Source of the DNA: an uncultured bacterium
Lineage (GTDB): Bacteria; Hydrogenedentota; Hydrogenedentia; Hydrogenedentales; JAEUWI01
Assembly (NCBI GenBank): GCA_963977445.1
Contig: CAXBPH010000089.1
Coordinates: 1-23,810, forward strand
Direction: 5' to 3'
Length of the DNA: 23,810 nt
This document shows, in pieces, positions 10,101-18,250 of this stretch. Both the position numbers and the translations under genes were made by a program. The first letter of the stretch is position 1. The number at the start of each line of letters is the position of its first letter. The notes beneath the pieces are model-generated. The model did not search any database. It worked only from the letters and a program-made list of their open reading frames with translations, and was not told the origin of the DNA.

Positions 10101-10392
10101 CGTTGGTCCGGAGGAGTCCGTCATACAGCACATCGCGCAAGGCCGCAATACCCGTCGCGATATTCCCGCCGGAAAAGGCATGCTCCTCGCCCCGATAACG
10201 GATGGTGTTAATCGCCGGAAGCACGTCTTCCAGCACGCCGAGCAGTAGTACTTCCGCACGTCGCCCACCACGCAGCCTATCCGCCTCCGCTGGCGTGAGG
10301 TAGGTGTAGCCCAGGCGTTGCAGGAGCTGTAAGGCCGGGAGTTTGCTCGCGCGGTCCTCGTCGAGGGGTGGGGTATAAGCACCGTTCATCAC
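7141..10392 (-). CDS. hsdR: Type I restriction endonuclease subunit R
   Basis: 1083 aa. Nuclease motif PDLVLFVNGIPLAVIECK, Walker A HTQGSGKS, DESHR box, GFTGTP, VDKLLTGFDAP, QAIARVNR. Confidence 0.97.
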   Translation of the reverse strand: MMNGAYTPPLDEDRASKLPALQLLQRLGYTYLTPAEADRLRGGRRAEVLLLGVLEDVLPAINTIRYRGEEHAFSGGNIATGIAALRDVLYDGLLRTNEKVYDLLMLGKSLQQPVLGDTKSFTLRYIDWERPERNVYHVAEEYAVERAGSRECYTPDLVLFVNGIPLAVIECKRPVLSGQDEPVDQAISQHVRNQKDDGIPMLFAYTQLLLGVAPAEGQAKYATTGTAAKFWAAWKEQNGKEQEDGAIRELINSPLTSAQKDPMFATRGPSAREAFEQYGEAAREVTDQDRLIYGLCRPERLLDIARRYVVFDAGEKKVPRWQQYFTVRHLLRRVREQDGTGRRHGGVVWHTQGSGKSLTMVMLAKALALEPALYDQRIVLVTDRTDLDDQIHRTFTHCGMEPAQAQTAAHLARLLDEGKARIMTTIINKFESLGNVKGMRVDDPSMFVLVDESHRSQYGSFHAKMKKVLPSACYIGFTGTPLAKKDKSTVTRFGGFVPPVYTIRDAVEDKAVVPLLYEGRMVPLEVNEGAIDSWFGKITAKLSKAQAADLKRKFATSDHVSRAEQRVMAIAWDLSCHFRDNWKGTGFKAQLVTRRKHIALMYKKYLEEFGMVTAEALISGPDDREGHESTEESEEELRDSRDRRVQLFWKDMMARYGTEDAYNKTIIRSFKGEGDPEIIIVVDKLLTGFDAPRNTVLYLDRDLKEHTLLQAIARVNRLHEGKDFGYIIDYQGVLANLDGALALYDKMPDFEHEDLEGTLTDLSEVAKQLPQKHSDLWEIFDGITNKYDREAYEQLLFDPSVRHRFYHRLGDYLRTLKLALGTVQFQEQHAVRIPKYTRDAKYFRELRTSVERRYSDTVNMSEYDARIEKLIDQHVGAGEVEQVTGLVNIFERERFAEEVEKVVGEAAKADTIASRTQKTITERMDEDPAFYEKFSKMLRDVIDAWRKKRLTDAEYLAKVRDLEERVRTRTGDDVPERVAHSDAAKAFYGLVREILQGHLEDNAETRELAADIAVGIHGIVDTQAIVNWTNNMDVQNRMKTDIEDLLFSMHEEGGFELAFEEIDTILDRCINAAKAHARHGSGA

Positions 10393-10404
10393 GGGGAAAC
10401 GACC

Positions 10405-11262
10405 TTATTCATCGGGCCCCTCCAGCGGTTCTACATGTTTGGGGAGCTTCTTTTCCTCTGATGCGAGACGGCGTTCTACCTTCTTCAAGTCTTCCGCAGG
10501 AGGGAGTCGTTCGGGCACGATATTTCGATTGACCAAAAGCTTACGCACATCTTCATTGTTCTTGACATGCTCGCGGGTGATCGTCGCCTCGGTACGCAGT
10601 TCGTCACGCTGGACATTGAAGCTGGTTATTTCATTGGCGAAATCCTTCGCCTTGATCGTAATCGTGGGCAGGAAATCCGCGAGCGGACGCCCCTTGGGAA
10701 CGCCGAGGCGGTTCTTCATGTCCCCCGTCGACTGTCCCCCGAAGAGGGCCATGTCGCCCTTGCTCCGAATCCGTGCGAAACTCTGCCCGTCGCCGAGCCG
10801 CTCAAAAATTACGCCGGAGAGCACTTTCTCCGATTGCGTCAGCTTTTTGCGGGCACCCAAGCGTTCTATCTCGGCCAAACGCTTCTCAATGACCTCTTGC
10901 TTACGCGTTTGGACCGCGAAATAGGTCTGGGCAAAGGCAATCGCCGCCTTTCCAGGATCGCCGTTCTGGGCGATGAGATAGCAGGCATACCGTGTGAGCA
11001 TGATATCCTCCACCTCCCGTTGCGCCCCTGAACCAATGTTCACCATTTTCGTGGTATCAAGAAAATGGTCCGAAACATCATAACCCGATGTTTCACAGGC
11101 AGTTACGGCCTTGCTTATGACGTTGTAGAAATTCTCCCAAGTCGAGTAGCCCAAAACCCGCTGCAGGTCTCTGGCCAGCCAGAACTCCACGCCCGTTTCG
11201 TCGTGCGTGTGGACCATGGACTCGAATTTGGCGTGCAACTGCGCGACCAATTCATGCTTCAT
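10405..11262 (-). CDS. dinD: DNA-damage-inducible protein D family (Bro-N-like N-terminus)
   Basis: EFWLARDLQRVLGY..WENF, LTRYACYLIAQNGDP.K..IAFAQTYFAVQTRKQE, RPLADFLPTITIKAKDFA, characteristic of DinD. Confidence 0.9.
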   Translation of the reverse strand: MKHELVAQLHAKFESMVHTHDETGVEFWLARDLQRVLGYSTWENFYNVISKAVTACETSGYDVSDHFLDTTKMVNIGSGAQREVEDIMLTRYACYLIAQNGDPGKAAIAFAQTYFAVQTRKQEVIEKRLAEIERLGARKKLTQSEKVLSGVIFERLGDGQSFARIRSKGDMALFGGQSTGDMKNRLGVPKGRPLADFLPTITIKAKDFANEITSFNVQRDELRTEATITREHVKNNEDVRKLLVNRNIVPERLPPAEDLKKVERRLASEEKKLPKHVEPLEGPDE

Positions 11263-11283
11263 ATTCTTGCACTCCTATCAGGA

Positions 11284-11652
11284 TTATACGTGGGCCTGGA
11301 CGGCTTGCCGGAGCATTCCAACGAGGACTTCCTTAAGAACGACGGCGCTAAACCCGCCGACACCGGTAAGGACTGATTTCGCCTTAAACCATCGGGCGTC
11401 ATCTCGGGCAGCGTCTAGAAACTCATGGCCATCCCAGGTCAGCGCGCGCACTTCGCAAAGGGGCAAGACATCACTGTCCCTCCCGACGGTGTACCCGAAT
11501 GCCAAGTCGGCATCCACCAACAAGTAATTGTGATAGCCAATCTTTTCGCGGGAGTAGCCAAGGTCACTCAAGGGTGGAAGCGTACTCTCACCCTCGCCAA
11601 TTTCTTCCAGACGGAATAGAATCTCCCGAATTAAGTCCATGTCACGTTTCAT
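11284..11652 (-). CDS. DUF2513 domain protein
   Basis: MKRDMDLIREIL...YH..LLVDA...LTWDGHEFLDAAR, the DUF2513 signature. Confidence 0.9.
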   Translation of the reverse strand: MKRDMDLIREILFRLEEIGEGESTLPPLSDLGYSREKIGYHNYLLVDADLAFGYTVGRDSDVLPLCEVRALTWDGHEFLDAARDDARWFKAKSVLTGVGGFSAVVLKEVLVGMLRQAVQAHV

Positions 11653-11684
11653 GGATTAGTGCCCTTTCATATGGCAGACACGAC

Positions 11685-13268
11685 TCATGCGGCTTCTTCT
11701 TTGCGAACCCAGGAAAACTGCGTCTGGAATCCAAGGTCATCAAGCCGTTGCTTTGCGTTACGTAGAGCGACCTTGCTGAAGAACGGTAGCCCCATGTCAC
11801 CATTGCCCTTGTATGGCTCCCGCATCACGGCGTAGACAACAGCGAAGTCGCCGCCTGCTATCGGCTTCTCGTGATCTGGACAAGGGGACTGAAATCCCGA
11901 ATGTGCGTCACGGATTTTCGCGTTCAGCTCCTTCCGAAATTCTGCATCACGTTTAAAGGCTTCTGCGGATACCACGCCCTGATTGAACAGATGGCTCAAG
12001 GTGGCCGATTCCGCTTTGTTCTTAATGTGAATAAACTGATTCTCCGGTGTCAGAAAGTCGCAGGACTCAATTGCAGAGGACCACTTGTCGCACTTAATAT
12101 TCTTGGTATGTAGACAGGCCCAATCCGGCTGCGCTCTCTTCAGATCGCCGATGTATTCATCTTCAGTAGTTTTTACTTTTGTATCTGGCAGAATTGGACC
12201 GCACATTACCTTCTCGAAGAACGCGTTGACTTCGTCCGCAAAGTCCGTGTCGACCCGGTACCAGCACCCCGTGGACAATACGTACAGCCCGCCTTGATAC
12301 TCCGTCTCGTAAACCAGACTGTTAAAGATGGGCCAACGGGTGAGTTCGGTGTTGTCGTCTTGAACCAGAACTATCTTGTGCCGTTTGAGCTGCTCCACAG
12401 ACAAAGTCGATTTTTCCGCGGCTGCCAAATAGTCCGTGAGACTGAGCGTGGGATAGGTCTCCCTGGACTTGGTGCCGCGATATCTGAAATCGCCCATAAT
12501 CTCGGGATCGATGATTTCAGGAGCGGCGAGATGTGCTGACTCCGCGTCCGATTTCAGATTCACGATGAGACAGGCGTTGAGCTTCTCACATGTTTCTTTT
12601 TCGCGTACATGGGCGACATAGTCCACCCAACCGAATCGCTCCTTGTAGTTATCTTGGTGATAAATATCGAGGACTTCTTCGGCCTTCTTCTTCAGATCCT
12701 TTGCAAAAACGGGCGTGGACATCGTCAACGCATCCGCACCGGTCATGTTCTTCGCAAACTCATTGTCGACAGCCTTCCCCTGGATCTTCTTCAAAATGTC
12801 ACGGTCCGTTGTGATATTGAAGATACCCAGTTCCGACTCTTGGCTTGCTTGGATACGTCGTTGGATCGTGGTTTGTTCTGGCGTACTCACATCCAGGCTT
12901 TTCAGCGATTCAGGATCAATGGCGTTCAGTACACAACGCAATCCAAATCCGATCTCGTACGACTCCTGTTTAAGCGCGTACAATCCGCCGCCGAACGTAA
13001 ATACCATCCAGCGGGAGGCAACAGGTATGAAGAGAACGGCCGAGGCATGGCGTACACCAAGATTAAGCTTCTCTCCCGTTCCCTCCTCTAGGAAGCCAAT
13101 CCATCTTGGAGGACGCAGACGTGACCGGCCTGTGAAGAGCCTCCCGTCTACCAGAGGGGGCCACACGTTTTCGTCAAGGCCGTGTCCGTCTTTCAACGCC
13201 GAATCCGGTTCGAATGAGTCCTTAAGGAGTCGCACAGCCAACTTTCGGGTCTTCGGTGTATTGCTCAT
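11685..13268 (-). CDS. TIGR04141 'sporadically distributed' / DUF6119 family protein with putative C-terminal PD-(D/E)XK-like nuclease
   Basis: 527 aa. Motifs TFGGG, GFGLRCVLNAID, FGWVDYV, LSTGCWY, and C-terminal IESCDFL...IHIK...TLSHLFNQGVVSAE and LPFFSKVAL. Confidence 0.82.
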   Translation of the reverse strand: MSNTPKTRKLAVRLLKDSFEPDSALKDGHGLDENVWPPLVDGRLFTGRSRLRPPRWIGFLEEGTGEKLNLGVRHASAVLFIPVASRWMVFTFGGGLYALKQESYEIGFGLRCVLNAIDPESLKSLDVSTPEQTTIQRRIQASQESELGIFNITTDRDILKKIQGKAVDNEFAKNMTGADALTMSTPVFAKDLKKKAEEVLDIYHQDNYKERFGWVDYVAHVREKETCEKLNACLIVNLKSDAESAHLAAPEIIDPEIMGDFRYRGTKSRETYPTLSLTDYLAAAEKSTLSVEQLKRHKIVLVQDDNTELTRWPIFNSLVYETEYQGGLYVLSTGCWYRVDTDFADEVNAFFEKVMCGPILPDTKVKTTEDEYIGDLKRAQPDWACLHTKNIKCDKWSSAIESCDFLTPENQFIHIKNKAESATLSHLFNQGVVSAEAFKRDAEFRKELNAKIRDAHSGFQSPCPDHEKPIAGGDFAVVYAVMREPYKGNGDMGLPFFSKVALRNAKQRLDDLGFQTQFSWVRKEEAA

Positions 13269-13270
13269 AT

Positions 13271-14551
13271 TTATCCCTCTGCCGCTACGCGCACCCGACC
13301 GGTGAGCAGTTGTTGCATGAGTCCCTTTTTCTGTTTTTTGAGTGCTTCCAATTGGGCCTTCAATTGTTCAATCTCTTCATCGCACTTGTTGAGGACCCCT
13401 GCAATCCGTACTTGTTCCTCCTTTGAGGGAACGGGAACGAGCATCTTCTCGAAGTCGCCCGCTGTCACATTGAGTAACCCGTGTGCACGACCGCCAACCT
13501 GGCAAATTCGGCGCAGTTGACGATTTAGAAGGCCGAATTCGAAAAGGTGCATAAAGAAATCCGAGTCCGATTCCCTGTCCTTAAGCCCGAAGCAATGATA
13601 GAGCGTGGAAACAGCACCACACTCGCGGGCGTCGAGTCGCTTGATGGCCCCATAGGGATAACCCTTCATCGCGCTTCGGTTATACGCGAATTCACCGCGC
13701 TCGAGTACGTAGTAGCCTTCGAGCGATACGCCTGCGACATTTCGGTCAAAATAGTCTCGCTGGTCAACGAGGCCATGCTGCCCCGAGGCCGTAAGTACCC
13801 GGTCCGTCGATGTACCGTTCTTCCGACGCACACGTTCGAATACCGTGCTGATCGGATTCAATGGCCAATCGACTGCAATGGGGCCCAAGAGCGTGTCCTG
13901 TGTGCCTTTCGACTTCGCAAATTCCGGAAAACGCTGTTGGCCGGTGAGGAGTTGTTGCATGAGGGCGCGCTTGCGCCGCTGTTTCAATGCCAGTAGGCGT
14001 TCCGCCTCCTCAATCGCCCGTTCCCAAGTGGAAAGAATAGTAACAAGGAGTTTCTGTTCTTCGACTGTTGGAAACCAGATTGGAAAACGAAGAAACTGCT
14101 CCCTTGTGAAGTGCGAAATGCTGGTAGTTCCTATTATGCTGTTAATGAGGCCCGTGCAGACAGAAAAATCTAGAAAATAGCGAGCGAAGACGACATCAAC
14201 TTCTTTGTCAATTGGCCGTAGGCGATGTAGAGCTTTCTGAAAGTAGCACGGGGCGATCCGACCGTCCCAAACTGCAGCTCGGCCAACTTCTCCACCCTCG
14301 CAGACTATGAGATCACCTGGACGCAATGAGAATTTGTCCATTTCATCGGAGTTGAAATGCATGGTCTGCAAATTGTGGGTTTCGAAGTTTCCCCACCTGA
14401 CATTGGAGTTAGCCAAGTAGGGCTTCTGATTTGTTCCCGATGTGGCTTTCTTATTGAGCATCTTCCCTAGTTGAATTGCGAAGTGCTTGCCAAACACTGC
14501 GATGCTCCACGAGCATGGAATTTTGCTAGCTAATCGTCCGGCGGTGGGCAT
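13271..14551 (-). CDS. hsdS: Type I R-M specificity subunit S (two TRDs)
   Basis: 426 aa with two TRDs and repeated conserved helices (PTVEEQ...ALMQQLLTG; PSKEEQVRIA...GLMQQLLTG). Confidence 0.95.
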   Translation of the reverse strand: MPTAGRLASKIPCSWSIAVFGKHFAIQLGKMLNKKATSGTNQKPYLANSNVRWGNFETHNLQTMHFNSDEMDKFSLRPGDLIVCEGGEVGRAAVWDGRIAPCYFQKALHRLRPIDKEVDVVFARYFLDFSVCTGLINSIIGTTSISHFTREQFLRFPIWFPTVEEQKLLVTILSTWERAIEEAERLLALKQRRKRALMQQLLTGQQRFPEFAKSKGTQDTLLGPIAVDWPLNPISTVFERVRRKNGTSTDRVLTASGQHGLVDQRDYFDRNVAGVSLEGYYVLERGEFAYNRSAMKGYPYGAIKRLDARECGAVSTLYHCFGLKDRESDSDFFMHLFEFGLLNRQLRRICQVGGRAHGLLNVTAGDFEKMLVPVPSKEEQVRIAGVLNKCDEEIEQLKAQLEALKKQKKGLMQQLLTGRVRVAAEG

Positions 14552-14556
14552 AGACG

Positions 14557-15162
14557 CTATTCGCTCCCTTCATACATTCGGCAAAAGGCCAGGGCCTCGC
14601 CCTCAAGTAATGGTTCCAACGCCGGATCGGCAGAGTCGAAAACATGTAGCTTACTCCGTCGCACGTCCAGAATTCCGATGCGACAGCCTTCTGCTTGGTC
14701 GCCCAATCCATTCAGCATCAAATTGCTGATAATGGCCAGTCGATTCTTCGTCAACTTCTCTTCCTTGAAGTAGAGTTTGACGAGATAGTCATCACCGTCT
14801 ATCGTCAACCCCAACTCAGGGTTTACGCGCACGCCGAGGTCCGAGAACATCCATTCCGCCCGTGGCGGCTCGAACCAGGCCAATTTCTTCCGGCCCAGGA
14901 ATTTCTTGTAGGCTTCCGTGAGGACCGGATAGGTCTCCCGTTTGTTCTTGTCCCCGATATTGCTCGCCAGGCCATCGAGGAACTTCTTGTCGAGGCCCTC
15001 CTGGTGATAGGCCACAATACCCTCACGCAACTTGCGGTAATAGTCATGCGCCGGGTGGTAGCCCGCCTCATGCTGCCGCTTGATATCCTTCACCTTCGTC
15101 AGCTTGGGCGTACCCGACTTGATAGCAAAATCCACGAACTCTGTTAACGAAATTTCAGTCAT
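14557..15162 (-). CDS. Hypothetical protein, possibly a degenerate PD-(D/E)XK/Cas4-like fold
   Basis: 201-aa ORF with RBS AAGGA, co-oriented between the E2 gene and hsdS. VRVNPE...LVKLYFK...ILDVRR pattern; the fold is a guess. Confidence 0.75.
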   Translation of the reverse strand: MTEISLTEFVDFAIKSGTPKLTKVKDIKRQHEAGYHPAHDYYRKLREGIVAYHQEGLDKKFLDGLASNIGDKNKRETYPVLTEAYKKFLGRKKLAWFEPPRAEWMFSDLGVRVNPELGLTIDGDDYLVKLYFKEEKLTKNRLAIISNLMLNGLGDQAEGCRIGILDVRRSKLHVFDSADPALEPLLEGEALAFCRMYEGSE

Positions 15163-15198
15163 ATTTTGTCCTTGAATGGCACGTATATGGAAACAGCC

Positions 15199-15660
15199 CT
15201 AATTGGAAGATGCGACATCATCTCGACCACGCGGCTTATTTCTTGACTTCACTTTTGGGTGTTCACCTCCACCGCTCCACGTCCCAGTAGCCCTCCAAAT
15301 CTCGTAGTGATACAACCATTCAGCTACCCAGGGGATAATAGTCTCGCCAATTTGCTCGCTGCCGTTCCATTCGCCCGGATAGTATAGGCAGAGCCTGTCT
15401 CCTGGATAGATGTGTGGTAGGTTCTCATGATCACTTGTTCTGAGTTTCGGCTCCAGCACTTGGACATCGGGCGTATCTCCCGGTCGATATCTAATTCTAA
15501 CCTTATAGGTTTGGCTCAGCGGTGTCGGAGTCAGATAGCCCTCCCAAAGTAGTCTTCCCCTGCTCACTTTTGACTCACCATTCGGATTGTGTTTTACGAG
15601 AAACAGATGATGGACGGCTGGGTCCAGACGCTTCGCTCTCCATTTGACCTTACTGCCCAT
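15199..15660 (-). CDS. CBASS-associated stand-alone E2 (ubiquitin-conjugating-like) protein
   Basis: WEGYLTPTPLSQTYKVRIRY...PDVQVLEP...LPHIYPGDRLCLYYPGEW...TIIPWVAEWLYHYEIWRATGTWSGGGEHP. E2-like PH..C motif; start overlaps the CD-NTase 3' end. Confidence 0.88.
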   Translation of the reverse strand: MGSKVKWRAKRLDPAVHHLFLVKHNPNGESKVSRGRLLWEGYLTPTPLSQTYKVRIRYRPGDTPDVQVLEPKLRTSDHENLPHIYPGDRLCLYYPGEWNGSEQIGETIIPWVAEWLYHYEIWRATGTWSGGGEHPKVKSRNKPRGRDDVASSN

Positions 15661-16780
15661 AGAAGCGGTGATCCTTCACTTGTACACCCACTGAGCCAAG
15701 TACCCCGGTCTTAGGATCAACGTGTAGATTTCCAGCTTTACGCTCTTCATAGGCTGCTGCACCCATACTCTTCATGGTCCGATTTACGGCATCAGAGCCA
15801 AAGTGAGGGCGCATTTGTTCTGCCAGTACGTGAAGTCCTCTCGCTTCCACGGCATTCAAAAGGTTGGAGCGCACACTGTCGAGCCAACTCTTGAACTTCG
15901 TTTCCCGCTGTGACTCATGCTCCCACTTGTCGGCAAAGTTTTCCTCGGAATTGACCGGGTTCGGGACCCAACTCACGCCCTCCTTCAACTGAATATAAGC
16001 GGGCATGCCAATCACGATGTTCTGCAGTGCCTCATAGATGTCTTCCTCGTTTCCGTACGCGTGAGCGGCAAGTGTTGTGATAATGATGGATATTGGCTTG
16101 TCATCAGGGTCATCCTCGAACATAATGTCGCGATGTCGTTTCAGAATTTGAATCGCCCGCTGCAGCGGGGTTCGCACCTGCCATTCCGGAACGTCTTCAA
16201 TATGCACCGCTTTGGCTTCCGCCAGGATCGCCTGGCGACGACGAAACACGACCTCCATACGCTTGCGAAACCAAGCACCATAGTCCTTGGGATTACTTAC
16301 GTGCCAATCGTTTTCATCCAGCTTCTTGTCTGGAATCAGGATGGACCCGTCATGTTTGTACTCTTGAGGAATCGCGGGGAGAATGTCCATATGGAACTCG
16401 TTGGCGTAGTCAAGGCGCCAGCATCGGTCTTTCTCTTCCAGCATGTCTTCGTACGTATCGTGGTTTCTAAAGCGATCACCGACCATTCGTTTTAATCCGG
16501 TTTGGCTGACCTCGTCGGGTCGAAAGCCCAATCGACACACGAGGTCGATGTCGAACTCTTCAGCGTCCGACAACGGTCGGGTGACCGTCCCCAACATGAA
16601 CGACCCTTGGGGATATAATTCGGGGTTGTGCAGTCGCAACGGAGACCCTGGTTTCGAGAGCCAGTCCGAGACCGAGGTGTATCGGTCGACCGCTTCCTGT
16701 TGCTTGGTCGGAGAAATGTCCAGTTCTTCCGCCAGCGTGGATAGAAACTTGCCGAGATGTACCTGTTCTTGAGTCAACAT
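15650..16780 (-). CDS. CBASS cyclic oligonucleotide synthase (CD-NTase/SMODS, probably CdnG-like)
   Basis: YPQGSFMLGTVTRP...EFDIDLV, FHMDILPA, SNPKDY..WF, TPLQRAIQILKRHRD, PISIIITTL, NPVNSEENFADKW, C-terminal HRFYGQ. ATG 16780 lies 1 nt after the SAVED gene stop (376 aa). Confidence 0.93.
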   Translation of the reverse strand: MLTQEQVHLGKFLSTLAEELDISPTKQQEAVDRYTSVSDWLSKPGSPLRLHNPELYPQGSFMLGTVTRPLSDAEEFDIDLVCRLGFRPDEVSQTGLKRMVGDRFRNHDTYEDMLEEKDRCWRLDYANEFHMDILPAIPQEYKHDGSILIPDKKLDENDWHVSNPKDYGAWFRKRMEVVFRRRQAILAEAKAVHIEDVPEWQVRTPLQRAIQILKRHRDIMFEDDPDDKPISIIITTLAAHAYGNEEDIYEALQNIVIGMPAYIQLKEGVSWVPNPVNSEENFADKWEHESQRETKFKSWLDSVRSNLLNAVEARGLHVLAEQMRPHFGSDAVNRTMKSMGAAAYEERKAGNLHVDPKTGVLGSVGVQVKDHRFYGQ

Positions 16781-16781
16781 G

Positions 16782-17927
16782 TTAGTGCCCGCCTTTCGTT
16801 TCGGATCCCACAGTAAGCGCATACTGGAAACCGCCGAGTTTCAAATTCTGATCGTAAATATTGAAGGGCATGTCCGCTTTCGGCTGGCGGACTCGTCCAA
16901 GTTCAATTGCTGCAGAGACGCCCATGGCCGGAAACACGTTGAGCTCGGTATCCTGTCCATGCCTTGCCTTGATCTCGTCCAGCAATAGGCGCATGCGCTG
17001 CCGAAACTGACTGAGTCCCTGCCGACTGGGAATGGCGTCATGCTGCGGCTCCGGCACGGTTATAGTCCAGATGGACGCTTTCGATCCCAGCGCCGTTTCT
17101 ATCCGATCCTGCGTAACAGTGGCGGAGAGGCTCAGCACCAAGGCCGGGGAGCCCTTGGTACCGCGAGGCTTCTTCACGACCAGTTCAAAGTCGTCAGGAT
17201 GTTCTCGCCACCGCCAGTCGGCGGGTTCACGAAACAGATGGTAGACCTCCGCACCCCCTATGTCGGTCAAGAGCGAACCCAGGAGGACAAGAAGCGGCTG
17301 CGGGGCCCGCCCGAATACGGATAAGTGCTGTACGTCTCCCAACTCCAATCGCTGCTTGACCCTATCCTTTATGAGGCGTCGTAGGTTCTTACTCTCGATC
17401 TGCCAGAACTCTGGTTCTCTATCCTCGAATGTGGAATTGACCATTCCGAGTTGGAGGGCATCGCTGGAGGCGGGATACCAGTCTGGAAGCATGCCTTGCA
17501 CAGCCTGGTCAAACGAGAGAATCGAACCATGCTCACCAATTCGCGCACCGTACAACAGGACCTCGCTTCGGCGGCTAGGCTGAAGCGAACCGAGGAGTTC
17601 AATACGCTCTTCATGTTCTTGTTTCATGGTCCGCAGGCGCTTCACCGGGTGTTCCGCGACCTGTTCCTTGTCGACAAGGCGATGATGAACGTCACACAGA
17701 ATCATCAGATTCGTGATATTGCTATTGAGTTTGGGGGAGAGCTTTTTATGGCCTCTTGGGCCACCAGGCTTATCAGCGACAATATGCGCGATATACGCTG
17801 CATTGAGTCGGATCTTGGTCAAGAAATCTTCCCAGAGGGGTATATTGCATCCCTGGTACTGACATCGCCCACCGGCCTTGACCCAAAGCAGGAGCTTGAT
17901 TCTGTCTGGTATGGAGCTTACGGACAC
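16782..17927 (-). CDS. cap5: CBASS effector, HNH endonuclease-SAVED (Cap5-type)
   Basis: N-terminal HNH/Zn motifs AGGRCQYQGC, AHIVA..PGGPRG, NLMILCDVHHRLVD. SAVED motifs SVFGRAPQPLLVLLGSLL, YHLFREP..WRW, LSLSATV, NVFPAMGVSAAIELGR. GTG start. Confidence 0.9.
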   Translation of the reverse strand: MSVSSIPDRIKLLLWVKAGGRCQYQGCNIPLWEDFLTKIRLNAAYIAHIVADKPGGPRGHKKLSPKLNSNITNLMILCDVHHRLVDKEQVAEHPVKRLRTMKQEHEERIELLGSLQPSRRSEVLLYGARIGEHGSILSFDQAVQGMLPDWYPASSDALQLGMVNSTFEDREPEFWQIESKNLRRLIKDRVKQRLELGDVQHLSVFGRAPQPLLVLLGSLLTDIGGAEVYHLFREPADWRWREHPDDFELVVKKPRGTKGSPALVLSLSATVTQDRIETALGSKASIWTITVPEPQHDAIPSRQGLSQFRQRMRLLLDEIKARHGQDTELNVFPAMGVSAAIELGRVRQPKADMPFNIYDQNLKLGGFQYALTVGSETKGGH

Positions 17928-18202
17928 TTCGGGCCCCCTTTCTTTTTACTTTCAATCCGCGTAACTTCCCGTCTCCCTGCGGTTTGAACTATTCGGAATT
18001 CCCGAATAGTTGTTTCGGGCACCAGTTCACTCTCCTTGTGGAGGTTCTGCAGGTGTTCGTTGCTGGTGGGTACACTTACCTGGAACAGGTCTCCCAGTTG
18101 CCGTTGACTCAGCCAGACGGACTCGCCCTCCAGGCGCACGGCGATACGTGTACGGCCCTCTTCCGGCTGGTACATCAATATCTGGGACTCGGGTTCAGGC
18201 AC
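17918..18202 (-). pseudogene. rhuM: Truncated RhuM-family (virulence RhuM-like) gene, N-terminal ~84 aa only
   Basis: ILMYQPEEGRTRIAVRLEGESVWLSQRQLGDLF...EHLQNL..E.EL..ETTIREFRIVQTAGRREVTR matches the RhuM N-terminus. It ends before the usual YNLD..ISVGYRV block. Strong RBS GAGGGAGG. Confidence 0.8.
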
Positions 18203-18250
18203 AGCGATTCCTCCCTCTGATCGATATTACACAGAAATTCTGGAAATTAT

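Noticed and set aside
8137..10248. 703-aa ORF on the + strand
   Set aside because: Antisense shadow of GC-rich hsdR; no motifs, typical reverse-frame composition.
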